This document shows, piece after piece, positions 35,401 to 48,375 of a stretch of 64,000 nt of DNA. Positions within the stretch are counted from its first letter, which is position 1, and each line of letters begins with the position of its first letter. A program made the position numbers and the translations under genes. This DNA comes from Azolla caroliniana (Eukaryota > Plantae > Polypodiophyta): contig JBHGNT010000018.1 of the NCBI GenBank assembly GCA_043228905.1, forward strand, positions 7,254,001 through 7,318,000, in the 5' to 3' direction. Under the pieces are notes generated by a model. The model was given only the letters and a program-made list of their open reading frames with translations, was not told the origin of the DNA and ran no database searches.

Positions 35401-37300
35401 TGGCAAAGGGATACGTGCAGACCCATGGAATCGACTACGACGAGACCTTCACTCTGGTAGCCAAGATGACGATGGTTCGTGTGGTGTTAGTAGTTGTTGT
35501 GGCAAGGGAGTGGCATCTTCACCGATGGACGTGAAGAATGCATTTCTTCAAGGCGATCTAGAAGAAGAGGTCTTTATGACCCAACCTCCCAGTTTTCAGT
35601 CGGAGATGAACAAGTCGGCTGTATGCCGGTTGAAGAAGTTACTTTATGGCCTAAAGCAAGCCCCCTGAGCTTGGAATGCAAAGATTACGCACCGGTTGCA
35701 TAAGTTGGGGTTTGCGGCCTCCAAGTCCGACTCTTCGTTGTTCATCCGCCAAGGTTTGGACGGTCCGGTTTGCATCTTGTTGTATGTTGATGATCTAGTC
35801 ATCACCGGACCCGGACTTGATGAAATCAGCCGAGTGAAGTCCCAGCTCTCAGACGCATTTGAGATGAAGAACTTGGGGGACCTTCACTATTTCCTTGGAA
35901 TCGAGGTGATCCGAACCCCTGATGGCATATTTCTCTCACAGAGACACTATGTGTTGAATATGCTATACAAGTTCGGCATGACGAAATGTTGCCCTATTTC
36001 TACACCCATGGACCGGAAACAGAAGCTCTGTCCCAACTCCGGACCGGCCTACGATGAGAAACAGTTCCGACAAATTGTCAGAAGACTTATATATTTGACC
36101 ATCACCCGACCCGACATTAGCTATCCAGTCGGTGTGATTTGTCAATTCATGCAGAAGCCGACCGTCGAGCATCTTCAGTGCACGCACCAAATACAGCAGT
36201 ATGTGAGCGGCACGAAGGACTGGGGACTATTATACCGGCGAGGTATAACCGAAGAGCTAGTCGGCTACACAGATGCCGACTGGGCCGGCGATGCATCAGA
36301 TCGTTGTTCCACTTCTGGCTATATGTTTTCCCTTGGTAGCACGGTTGCTACGTGGAGCAGCAAAAAGAAGCCAACAAGGGCTCTATCGAGCACTGAGGCT
36401 GAATACCGGGGCGCTAACGTTTCCAACTGTGAAGCCATTTGGCTTCGACAACTGCTGCAAGACCTGTGGATCGAGGTGCCGACCCCAATCCTGATCTACT
36501 GCGACAACATAAGTAGCATGCAACTCATCAAGAACCCCGTATTCCATGCTCGCACAAAGCACATCGATGAGCATGTCCCGAGCGGTGAAGTCGAACTTCA
36601 GTATGTTCATACGGATCGGCAAGTTGCCGACATCTTCACCAAATCGCTCAGATTGGATAAGTTGCAACACTTCACCGAAATGCTTGGTGTTTAGCATCTC
36701 GACGTGCCACACTTGAGGGGGAGAATGGGCAAAGACACCATCAGAACAGGCAAAGGCAAAGAGACTGCCAATTGCACCGGTGGGGGAAGAACCAACAAGG
36801 GGAGAGACAAGAAGAAGAAAGGAGTTGAGTCAACAAAGGAAGTTGACACATCCGAACAAGTCAGAACAAGTGGCAGCAGAGGTAGAGTCAAGAAGGACAG
36901 AGCCGACCAGAAGAAGAAGGCCAAGTCCTGAACATGGTCCGATGTGGTGAAGGGCATGGAACTAGAAGACAAATTGGGAGCAACCGATTCGGACAAGAGC
37001 TAGAACGAATCAGAGACAACCGATTCGGTTCTACAAAAGGATTCAGAAGAACCGGATCAATTCAAGGCCAAGAGGACAAGAAGGTAGCAAAAGTCGACGC
37101 CAACACGAAGGGATCAGCGAATCGGCAAAAGCCAAAGTCACAACAGCGAGGGAAGTCGAGGTGCGCAGGAATAGAAGGGTCGCGACAAACGGGACCGGAC
37201 CGGACGAGGAGCGTTTGCGAGGCGGAGTGACGCCTGAAGGAGCCAGGTGGAAGGACCGGCTGCCATAGAGACTAACACTACAATCCGACCTCAAATTGAG
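32481..37300 (+). pseudogene. gag-pol of A2 with many stops and frameshifts
   Basis: SNYASW, CYYCGKKGHRESEC, WYVDSGASNH, LWHKRIGH, LLYVDDL, YTDADWAG. Confidence 0.9.
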
Positions 37301-37312
37301 CTTGAGGGGGAG

Positions 37313-37687
37313 TGTTGAGCGGCAAGCTCAATCGGATCTGGATCGGCATCCAAAAGAGTGAGCCAGTGAGCTAGGGAGCCGGTTAGCTAGATCAAGCAGT
37401 AACCGGAAGCCAAGTAGCAGCTAGTCTACTAGGGAGTTAATATCTCGTAGATAGTGTCAGACGCTCGTGTGAGCATTGAAGTACAACGTACTTCTGTCAG
37501 TCCGGATGGACTTGTATAAAAGTGTTCACTGAATACATACAATGTACAGATTGAGAAGTATTTTCTGAATTGAGTTTCTGTGTGCTCTCTCTCTGTCTCT
37601 TTCTCTCCCACGTACTGTTACGCTCTCCATTACCCCTGTTTTCTGCTTTCTATTTTCTATTGCTTCCACACGCTATTTGTTTCTACA
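37313..37687 (+). repeat. 3' LTR of A2
   Basis: Matches 31990-32388. Confidence 0.93.
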
Positions 37688-37703
37688 GAGCCAGAGTCCC
37701 TAG

Positions 37704-38328
37704 TGACGGGAACTGGACGTTCCTTATGTCCAACACTCGGCCACAACCGAGATTCTTTTCATACACAGGAAAAACGGGAAATAAAACACGATACAAACGA
37801 GAGGAAGATACACACACACACTACACAGGAGGTTTACGTGGAAAACCCCAAACTAGGGGAAAAACCACGGCAGCCCACAGGCTGCAAACTTTCACTATGT
37901 ATGAATGTACAAAATAGTGAGTTCTCGAAGGCAACGACCTCGGACTCACGCTCTTCGCCACAGGCGGCGGTTACAACAGAGGCAACGACCTCTTTCTCTC
38001 TCTCTCTCTCTGTACACTATTACGTGCTCTCTCTTCTTCTTGCACCAACAAGAAAAGTAACAACAACAACAATTGCTAAAAGTTTGCCCTAAGTCATATT
38101 TATACTAATATGACTTTTCGGCTATTTACAAATATAGCCTCGATGGGCTCTCAGAAACATATTTACGAATATGTCTCTTCCTCCGGTTCATACCGGGCCT
38201 GCACCATCCGGCTCTCCGTAGCCGGGTACTCCTCATCCGGTTCAGGCCTCGGCCTATCGGCCTCGGCCGAGTTTGTTCGTCGGCACTGTTCTTCTCTCTT
38301 CCCATCCGGAGGGACTTGTTTCCCAACA
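37704..38328 (-). mobile_element. Solo LTR of the Copia D/E-type family
   Basis: TG...CA ends, TSD CCTAG (37699-37703, 38329-38333). Shares GTCATATTTATACTAATATGACTTTTCGGCTATTTACAAATATAGCC with the D/E LTRs. No PBS or PPT beside it. Confidence 0.93.
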
Positions 38329-38333
38329 CCTAG

Positions 38334-41300
38334 AACTGGGAAAAGTCGGGGACACGGTCAAAGTCAAGGGGAAGGCCCACTTGCTTCTACTATGGGAAGT
38401 TGGGCACTTCCAAAAGAACTCTTGGCATTTCCGGAAAGACAAGGAAACCGACAGTATAGAGTCGAAGCGGTCATCGGATAGGAACGACAAAGACCGGAGA
38501 GGACCGGACCGGAAGGGAACGATGGCAATCGTGGCAAGTGAAGAAGAGTTGATGCTCATCACCGAGGAGAGTGAGTTAAACCTTGCCGACGACGAGACAA
38601 TGTGGGTTGTCGATTCCGGAGCGTCGTTTCACCTTCCTCGGATCGGAAATGCTTCTCATCCTACACAGCCGGTGATCACGGTTGTGTCCAAATGGGGAAT
38701 GAAGGTACATGCCGAATTATCGGCATAGAAGACGTGTGGCTGACAACACCAACCGGATGCAAGTTGCTGCTGAAGGATGTTCGACTGAACCTAATATCAG
38801 CCAGTCGGCTAGATGATGAAGGCTACACAGGTAACATCGGGAACAGTGTCATGAAATTCAGCAAAGGGAGCTTAATAGTGGGTCGAGCTCGGAAAGTCAA
38901 CACTTTATTTGATGAATGCTCGGATATGCCGGGAAGAACTGAACGTTGCATCCGACACTACCGGTGAGCTGTGGCACAAGAGACTGTGTCACATGAGTGA
39001 GAAGGGGATGAAGAGGCTTGCCGATGACAACCTCACTTCGGTGAAAGACGTGCATCTTGAGAAGTGCACCGACTACCTGGCCGGTAAGCAAAACCGAACC
39101 TCCTTCCAATCAAGGCCACTAATGAGACGTAATGCACCACTGGAGTTGGTGCATACCGATGTGTGTCAAGTGGACACGAAGTCACATGCTGGATCGTAGT
39201 ACTTCGTGACGTTCATAGATGATCATAGCCGGAAGCTGTGGGCCACACCGCTGAAGACGAAGGACCAAGTGTTATCCGTCTTCAACGAGCTCCATGCGAG
39301 AGTGGAAAGAGAAACCGGCCGGGAGCTGAAGCCGGTTCGAGCAGATAACGGAGGAGAATATCGGGGGCAGTTCGAGGAGTATTGCCGCTCGAAGGCAATC
39401 TAGCTCGAATTTACCGTGCCGAAGATGCCGAAACTCAATGGGCTGGCCGAGAGGATGAACCAGACCATAATGGAGAGGATCCGGAGTATGCTAGCACATG
39501 CCAAGTTACCCAAGAAGTTTTGGGTTGAGGCGCTGATGACAGCGACATACGTGATAATCAGATCACCCTCAGTACCCTTGGACGGAGACACGCCGCAGAA
39601 AGTGTGGACCGGTAAGGAAGTGTCTTACCGGCATCTAAAGGTGTTCGGGTGTCTCAATTACGTGCATGTCGCAAAGGACCGGAGAGCAAAGTTGGATCCA
39701 AAGTCCCAGCCTTGCATATTCCTCGGATTTGGCGATGATTAGTTCGGTTACAGAGTGTGGGACCCCATTGACAAGAAGGTGTTCCGGAGTCGAGATATTA
39801 TCTTCATGGAGGACAAGACTCTTGCCGACTGGGAGTCGGAGAAGAAGATAATGAACTCCGAGTAAATCGGTAAGGATCGGTTTAATGAGATTTGGACCCA
39901 CCCGGATAAGAGCCGGTTCACACTCGAATAACCGGTCGGTAACGGTGAGGATACCGAACCGACCGAAGAAGGAGACGAAACTGAAACCGGAACCGGACAA
40001 GACCCTGAATCGGATTCGGATGAAGAACAGACGTAGGAGCCGGTTACCGAAAACCGAAGACGGAGATATCCTCTCAGAGAGAGAAGAGCGCCCCGAAGAT
40101 TTCCAGATGCAAAGCATGTGTTGCTAACCGATGAGGGGGATCCGGAAAGCTTCGAAGAACCTAAGAGAGACACCCAAAGCCATAGCCACAAGTTGTTGAC
40201 TACCATGCAGGACAAGATGGATTCCCTGCATGAGAACCACACGTATGAATTGGTGGAGTTGCCGAAAGAAAAGAGGGCACTCCAAAACAAGTGGGTGTAC
40301 AAGCTGGAACCGGGAGATGCCGGAAACCCCCCGAGATACAAAGCCAGGATCGTGGTGAAGGGGTTCCAGCAGAACAAGGGCGTGGACTTCGACGAGATAT
40401 TTGCCCCGGTAGTAAAGATGACTTCCATCCAGACGGTGTTGAGCATAGCGGCAAGCATGGACCTCGAGGTAGAGCAGCTAAACGTGAAGACGACGTTCCA
40501 CCATGGTGACCTCGAAGAGGAGATCTACATGCAACAACCGGAGGGATTTGTGAAGAAAGGGAAGGAGCACCTGGTTTGCCAGTTGAAGAACAACCTCTAC
40601 GGTTTGAAGCAGGTTACCCGGCAATGGTACCGGAAGTTCGACTCCTTCATGACTGACCAAGGGTACCACAAGACACAGGCCGATCACTGCGTGTTTGTGA
40701 AGAAGATTGAAGGTGGAGACTTCTTGATACTCCTCCTGTACGTGGACGACATGTTGATCGTCGGACGAGACCAGGTCAAGATACGGATGCTGAAGAAGGC
40801 TCTGAACCTGACCTTCTCAATGAAAGACATGGGTCTGGCAAGACAGATACTGGGGATGCATATCATCCGGGACTGGTCAAAGAAGCAATTGTGGCTGTCA
40901 CAAGAGAAGTACGTGACAAAGGTGCTTCAGCGGTTCAACATGTCAGATGTGAAACCAGTCGGATCAACTCTCCCGGCAAACTGCAGGTTATATGGTAAGC
41001 AAAGCCCGAAGATGAAGGTAGAGAAGGCGGATATGATGAAGATACCATATGCCTCTGCCGTCAGGAGCTTAATGTACGCAATGGTGTGTACCCGATCGGA
41101 TATCGGATATGTAGTCGGAGTGGTGAGCCGGTTTATGAGCAATCCCGGCAAGGAGCACTGGAACGCGGTAAAATGGATACTCCGATACTTGAAAGGCACC
41201 TCAAGCATGTGTCTCCAATTTGGCTCCAGCAAACCCCAGCTTGACGGGTTCACCGATTCGGATATGTCGGCTCATGCGGATACCAACCGGTCAACATCTA

Positions 41301-41458
41301 GATATGTCATGACATATGCGTGGGGAGCTGTTTCGTGGCAGTCGAAGCTGCAGAAGACAGTTGCGTTGTCAACCACGGAGGCGGAGTACATGGCGGTTGT
41401 GGAAGCCGGCAAGGAAATACTACGGATGAAGGACTTCATCGATGAGCTAGGGATCCGG
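38334..41458 (+). pseudogene. Zn-knuckle, PR, IN, RT and RH start of Copia B
   Basis: WVVDSGAS, WHKRLCH, VHTDVC, ADNGGEY, and ORF 40118..41482 with LLYVDDML and FTDSD. Contains stops and frameshifts. Confidence 0.9.
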
Positions 41459-42079
41459 TGTCGTGAAGAAAACCGGCCATAGGCGGAATCCGAGAGAAAG
41501 CGTGTAAACCGGCCCCTACACGGATGGACGCGTGACTGGATACTTTGTACACGAACCAGTGGATGTGACTACTAGGCCGCGCGCATTTATTAAGGGGGGA
41601 TTATGCGTATCCCGGTCAGAGGGGAGGGGGACAAGGAATAAAGAAAAGAGGAGAAAGGAAAACAGGCATCGCGCGCGAGGAGGAGGGGAAGCATTGCGGC
41701 AAAACGGAAGGCGGAGCTCTCTCTTTGACTCGGATCGTCGCTCTCTGCGGGTGTCGGGATGTCGCTGCCTCTGCTTCGTGGACAGCCTGTGTGCTTCTAG
41801 CAGAGTTGCTCCCTTTCCCCTTTTGTTTCTTTGAGTCGTGCGACTGTCGTCGGTGTGCGTGAGTAGGGTCCCCGTGTCGGGTCCGTCACCGCTTTGTCGG
41901 TTGTAACTGTCGGAGTTTGTAATCTCTTGCCATTATAATTAAGTGTTACGTTCTATATCTCTCTTTCTCGCTCCTACGTGTCGGTGAATCTCTCTCTCAG
42001 TCTCTCTCTCTCTCGCTCCTCGGTCCAAGACCCCCGTGGTCTCGCCCCTTTCTACACGTACACGCGTAACAACGCGACA
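41459..42079 (+). repeat. 5' LTR of C
   Basis: 621 bp, highly similar to 47756-48375. Confidence 0.94.
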
Positions 42080-42123
42080 TCTTTGTTGAACCCGACATGA
42101 AAGGGCGGCAAAGGAGTCGAAAG

Positions 42124-45100
42124 ATGAGGGGATCGGAGCTAGCAGATGCAATGGCGGTGGCCGTCGACCGGCTGGTGAGCGCTTGTGAGGGAACGGGTAC
42201 CCTCGACAGAGCCATTGAATCGATCGTCGGCTCTATAGGCCGTTTCGGAGGGAAAGACGCCACAAGTTATTTGGAGGCTTACCGGGCCGAAATGATCATG
42301 AGGGATATCCCGGTGGACAGGCGACTGTCCAGATTCCCTCGGGTGGTGACGCCGGGCATCCATGCGGAGGTGCTCGAGGTGTTGGCCGGATGCTAGACTT
42401 GGGAGGAGTTCGAACTGCAGCTCCTCGAGAAGTACGGGTTTGACGACTTGCTCCGGCTATCGAGGCGGGACTTCATGGCGTGGGTGGAAAGCCCCGGAAA
42501 AGGGAGGAACACGTCGGTGCTCCTCTAGGAGTTCGAAAAACGGTTCGCACGGCTCTCAACGCTGGACCGGACGGTGCTCGAAACGAGTCGAGTGTTGTTG
42601 TTTGTCAAGTCGATGGATGCGCTCGACAGGAAAAAGGTGGGTCCCCTACTGGAACCGGACGAAGGGCTCATGACGGATTGGGCCGTTTCGACAAACGGCG
42701 CGATTGGAGCGATGGAAGCACGTCGGGGTCGGGGCCGGTCCCGGGGAGGAGGCTCGAGGAGCCGATTTCGGTTCCGGCTGGGAGGAAGGAAGAGACCCGA
42801 ATCTGGCCGGAGTCGGGGTCGGCATCGAGCGACGTGATCAAAGGCCCATCTGGAGGAGCGGCTCTGGAGGAGCTAACACAGATGGTGCGCGACCTACAGA
42901 TCGCACAGGCCCGGAGAGATGGCGGTGAACAACCTCGCGACCGGAGGCCGCTGGCTGGGCAGCGGTGCATGTGGTGTGACACGATCGGTCACATTCGGAA
43001 GGATTGCGCGGATTTCGCCGACGCGCTCAGGACCAACGTGGTGTACCTCTGGAACGGGCGGGTGCACACGAGCGAGACCCGGAGAGCCCTAGAACTGAAT
43101 ATGGGGCGCGGCGGAATGAAGAGGTTGATGGGAGAGGCTGTGGCACGGCACGTCGAAGCCGTCAACTACTCGGTGTCGGCGGGAATTCGGGTTAGGGGTG
43201 ATGAGACCCGGAAGGCGAAGGACTCCGGATTCTGGCCGCTAGTGCTAGAAGGCCTCTTCGGAGTTCGGCTGAGGAAGGAAGAGGCGGACCGCGCAGAACA
43301 GCGGGTCCAGGAGGTCACCGGTTGGGACGATCCGGTCGAAGAGAAAACGGGCTTCGTAGAAGCCGCTTGCCAGAACTATGAGGTTCTGGTGGAGGACAAA
43401 CGAGCAGGAAAGGCCGGAGGGGTTGGCCCCCCGAGTTATGAGACCCAGTTCGGACTGAGACTGACCGATGCCGGCAACCTAGGCGTGCTGGATGGGAAGA
43501 AGCAGGCGAGGTTTCAGTTGAGCACCGAAATCGAGAGAGGAACGGACCTACAGAAGGTCCTTGAAGAGCAAATCCTCGACAGTAAAGTAGAGTTGTCGTT
43601 GCGGGAGGTGTTGGGAATCGCCAAGAGGGAGTTCCACGACTCTATCGTAGACTTGGTGAAGCGGAAGAGGCTCTCGACGGAGCCGGAACCGGAGAATCCG
43701 GTGGAAGTGCGGACCACGCACCTGGAAAATGGAGCCCTGGAAGATGAGCTGGCGGGAAGCCACTACACGAAGCCGCATTGGGCCAGGGCGACTACAGAAA
43801 CCCCTGTACGGATCGGCAACGTTCTGGAACCGGTGGTGGCGTTGGTAGACCATGGATCCGAAATCAACCCGATGTCCATGAATTTCTACAAGAAGGGTAA
43901 ATGGCCGATCAACACCAAGCATGGCTAGAAGATACGGGTAGCGACGCGCACCACGGAAGAACTACATGGGGCCTGTCCGAACGTACGGGTGAAAATCGGC
44001 GATGTCGAGATCGACCAACACTTCTTCGTGCAGGAGACGTCCTCGCATCTGGTTATACTAGGAGAGCCATATATCACGGCGGCACGGATGGAGACCAAGG
44101 TGCTGGACAACGGTTCAGCCTATGCAAGAGTCAAGAGCCAAGACGGGCGTCACTCGGTCCAGTTCCTAACGGTGCGACCAAACCACGAGCGTAACCGCAA
44201 GGACCTCGGCAGCGAAACCCGAGGGGATTTTTAGAGAAGGTTGTCAAGGCGTGGGGCCACGATAGTCTGGACACCCGGGAAGAACCCCACAAATGTACAG
44301 TACGAAAGAAGACCTGTACCATAGGTAGGAAATTTTGGTTCTCCGACAGCGGAGGTTGTACTATAACCAGCGGCAGCGGCAGGGAGAGGAAGCGAGCGGA
44401 GGAGCGGCTCAGGGGATGCGGAGTCCTCTTCCCCGACGAGGACATCAGCGGCGCCATGGAGGTGGTCTCTTTCGACGACACCTTGGGCGAACTACGAAAG
44501 GTGATCGGTGAAGACCTTAGGGAAGACTGGACTGTTCTAGTAGGGTCGATGGGAATGTAAGAAGTCATCGTAGACTTCGGGGAAAGGATCGGGTTGGATC
44601 GGACGGCCCGCGTGGATACGAAATACAAGACTGTGGACCGGAAGGTGAGGCCAGTCGCGGCACCCTTGCCGGAGGGCAGTGAGGGGCGGATAAAAGGGGT
44701 CGCATTGGACCCAAGTTTACGAAATCCGGCTGGCATAGGGCACCAGTTCACCGACATAACGCTACAGGAGCTCAAGGTCGGTGGGGGCGGCTTTCTATTG
44801 CCGGCGGAGGAGGACCAGTTTCGGATAATGCTCGGGAGGCACGGGAAGGCTTTCGCATTATCACCGGAGGAGATCGGGTGCGTAGACCCGACAATTGTCG
44901 AACCGATGGTGATCTTCACGGTACCGCATATACCATGGAATCTCAAGCCGATTCCGGTGTCGAGAGCTCACATCCCGAAGTTGATGGAGCTCCTAAAGAA
45001 AAAGGTGGAGATGAGCATCCTCGAACCGTCGAGTGCCCCGTATTCGAATCGGTGGTTTACGGTGCCGAAGAAGAACGGCATGCTGCGCTTCATCCAGGAC

Positions 45101-47686
45101 CTATAACCGGTCAACAAGGTGACCATCCGTAATGCAGGGATCAGACCGACCATAGACGAGTTCGTGGAGGCCTTCACTGGAAGGTCGATCTATTCTGTCG
45201 GTGATCTGTACTCGGGGTACGATCAGTTCCAACTAGCCGTGGAGAGCAGAGACATTACGACGATGCGGACTCCTCTCGGCCTAGTGCGGATGTGTACCCT
45301 GCCACAAGGAGGGACGAACTTAGTGGCTCACATGGTGAACGCGATGAACAAAGTGCTCAGGGATTGTATCCTGGACATCACCATGCCATTCTTAGAAGAC
45401 ATCCCGATCAAGGGATGCCCAGTGGAGAAAAGGGACGAGGCAATTTCGTGGCGTCCCACATCGATGACTGCGAGAAGGTGCTGCAGAGACTAGAGCGTGC
45501 AAGGCTCACCTTCTCCGGGGAAAAGTCGGCCTTCGCACAGTCGGAGATCTTGGTGGTCGGACACCTGTGCGGGCCTTACGGTAGGAAACCATCTCCGGCA
45601 AAGGTAGAGGCCATCTCCGCGATGAGGAACGTTTGCGGGTCGGTCACGGAGGTCCGCAGATTCTTGGGGGCATGCGCGTTCTACCACATCTGGATCCCGC
45701 ACTACGCACATGTCGCGGAACCCCTCTACGGACTATTGAAAAAGGGGCGTAGCTTTGAGTGGAGGACAGAGCACACAGAGTCGGTTCAGAGACTAAAGGA
45801 GGTGCTTACTGCAGTGCCGGCTCTCCGTAAAGCTGTTTACGGCAAGGATGTTCCCATCTGCGTAACGGTGGACACCAGCCCGACTGGGATCGGGTGTGTA
45901 ATCAATGACGAGGACAAGGGTGGCGTACGATTCCCGATCCGGTTCAGGGCGAAGTTAAGCGAGGGTACGCCCAAGTTAAGCGCGAACTTTGGGGTGTCAT
46001 TTCGGCGGTCAAGGCCGACAAGGATTATCTGATCGGGACGGAGGTGATTATCGGGACAGACTGCCTACCGATACTCGGCATGGTTTCCGGATGTGCGACG
46101 CCGGACCTAGCGATGCTCCGATGGATAGCGTACATTAATTCCTTGAACCCGGAGATACGGCACATCTCCGGAAAGGACAACGCCATGGCTGACATGCTTT
46201 CGAGGGCAAGGTTCAACGACGAAGACGGCATGGTTTCAGAAGACGAAGCAGTCGGCGAGGACTTCTTCGGGTCGGCTAACGTAACGACAAGAAGGAAAGG
46301 GAACACTCCGGCGCTTAACGAATTTGACAAAAGCAGGACGACGGGGAGTGGCTCCAAATTGGGAGGTTCCTAGGGACGATGACGCCGAACGCAGCATGGG
46401 CTAGAGAGGAGGCGAGCCGGATACGGAGGAAGGCGTACCGATTCTTCCTGCAGGACAGGTGCATATGGAAACACCTAAAGAAGAGAAGCGGCATCCCACT
46501 CCGAGTAGTGGCAAAGAAAGAAGAACAGGGGAAACTACTGGCGGCATTCCACGAGAGCCCATGGGCCGGACACCGCGGAACGTGGGACACGTTCGAGAAG
46601 CTGAAGGAGAAGTACTGGTGGCCAGGGCTATAGCAGAACGTGCATCGGTTCGTAACGACTTGTGAAAGCTGTCAGGTGCACTCTGTAGTCCGACATCGGG
46701 ACGAGCTACACCCGACCTACCCGCCTACGGTCCATTTCAAGTGGATGGTGGACTTGGTGACGATGCCGATGGGGGTAGGACAGATGCGATACCTGGTGCT
46801 TGCACGAGAAGACTTAACGAACCAGGTGGAAGGCTGTGCACTGCAAAGCAAGACAACCGTAGCGGTATGCCGGTTCCTGATCGAAGAAGTAGTGTCTCGG
46901 TACAGGTGCGTCGGGAGGATCGTGGCAGATCGGGGAGAGCTGGATGCGCGGGAGGCCGAGGAGCTGTTCGACCGGCTAGGTGTCAAACTCTCCCTCACCA
47001 CGGCGTACAATCCAGAGGCGAACGGAAAGGTGGAACGTGGGCACAGACCGATTGTAAAGGCGTTGGTGCGTGGATGCGGTGGGCAGGTCGGGAATTGGCC
47101 GCGACTCCTTCCTTACGCGCTATGGGCGGACCAGACTACGCATAGTTCGGTGACAGGGTTTATGCCGGCGGAGCTAATGTACAGACAAAAGCCGATCATG
47201 TCGGTGGAGCGGACGGTTTCTTCGTGGGCAGTGGTAGATTGGAAGGACGAAACGAGCCGCGAGGAGTTGCTGGTGACGCGGATTCGGCAACTCGAGCGGA
47301 GGCTGGAAGACGTGATACGGGCGAAGGAAAGGCTGCGAATGGCAAGGGAGCGGAACAAGGTCCGGTTCAACCGGACGCACCGATTGTGACCAAAGAAGAT
47401 CGAGGAAGGCAACTGGGTCTTGGTATACGACAACAGCCTCGACAATCAGCACAAGGCGGTGCGAAAGTTTGCTAGGAGATGGTTCGGGCCCTACATGGTG
47501 ACCAACGCGAACGACAACGACACGTACCACCTCGCGGAGCTCGACGGGACACGGTTAGCGGTGCCAGTGGCCGGAAAGCGGATCAAAGCTTTCAAAAAGC
47601 GGTTCGAAGACGAGCGGGAGCCTACGAGCGGGAGCGACAACGACGATCAGTTCGGGTCCGGCGGAGAACCGGAGAGCAACGAGTGA
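42124..47686 (+). pseudogene. gag-pol of C
   Basis: CMWCDTIGHIRKDC, PR LVDHGSEIN, RT YSNRWFTVPKKNG..FIQDL..DLYSGYDQF..LPQG..FLEDIPIKG, RH VDTSPTG, IN GHRG..CESCQ, MVDLV, VADRGE, NGKVERGH, WFGPY. No chromodomain seen. Confidence 0.9.
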
Positions 47687-47755
47687 GGCCGGGTTTCTTC
47701 GATATCTACCCGTCTCTGGCGCATACCGGTGGATGCGCGGTTTGGTGGAGGTGGA

Positions 47756-48375
47756 TGTCGTGAAGAAAACCGGCCATAGGCGGAATCGGAGAGAAAGCGC
47801 GTAAACCGGCCCCTACACGGATGGACGCGTGATTGGATACTTTGTACACAAACTGGTGGATGTGACTACTAGGCCGCGCACATTTATCAAGGGGGGATTG
47901 TGCGTATCCTGGTTAGAGGGGGGGGGACAAGGAATAAAGAAAAGAGGAGAAAGGAAAACAGGCATCGCGCGCGAGGAGGAGGGGAAGCATTGCGGCAGAA
48001 CGTAAGGCAGAGCTCTCTCTTCGACTCGGATCGTCGCTCTTTGCGGGTGTCGGGAGGTCGTTGCCTCTACTTCGTGGACAGCCCGTGTGCTTCCTGTAGA
48101 GTCGCTCCCTTTCCCCTTTTGTTTCTTTGAGTCATGCGACTGTCGTCGGTGTGCGTGACGAGGGTCCCCGTGTCGGGTCCATCGCCGCTTTGTCGGTTGT
48201 AACTGTCGGAGTTTGTAATCTCTTGCCATTATAATTAAGTGTTACGTTCTATATCTCTCTTTCTCGCTTCTACGTGTCGGTGAATCTCTCTCTCAGTCTC
48301 TCTCTCCCTCGCTCCTCGGTCCAAGACCCCCGTGGTCCCGCCCCTTTCTACACGTACGCGCGTAACAATGCGACA
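47756..48375 (+). repeat. 3' LTR of C
   Basis: Preceded by GGTGGAGGTGGA (PPT-like, 47744-47755). Confidence 0.94.

Larger units (their letters stand above)
31990..37687 (+). mobile_element. Copia family A copy A2, full length, decayed
   Basis: LTRs 31990-32388 and 37313-37687 (24-bp indel), PBS TGCTATCAGAGC at 32389-32400, PPT 37301-37312, TSD GAACC/GAGCC (1 mismatch). Confidence 0.93.
41459..48375 (+). mobile_element. Ty3/Gypsy element C (fungal-type RT signature), full length, decayed, 4-bp TSD
   Basis: LTRs 41459-42079 and 47756-48375 with TGTCG...CGACA ends; TSD CCGG (41455-41458, 48376-48379). Removing the element and one TSD restores GGGATCCGGCAAGAGGAA (GIRQEE). Confidence 0.94.
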
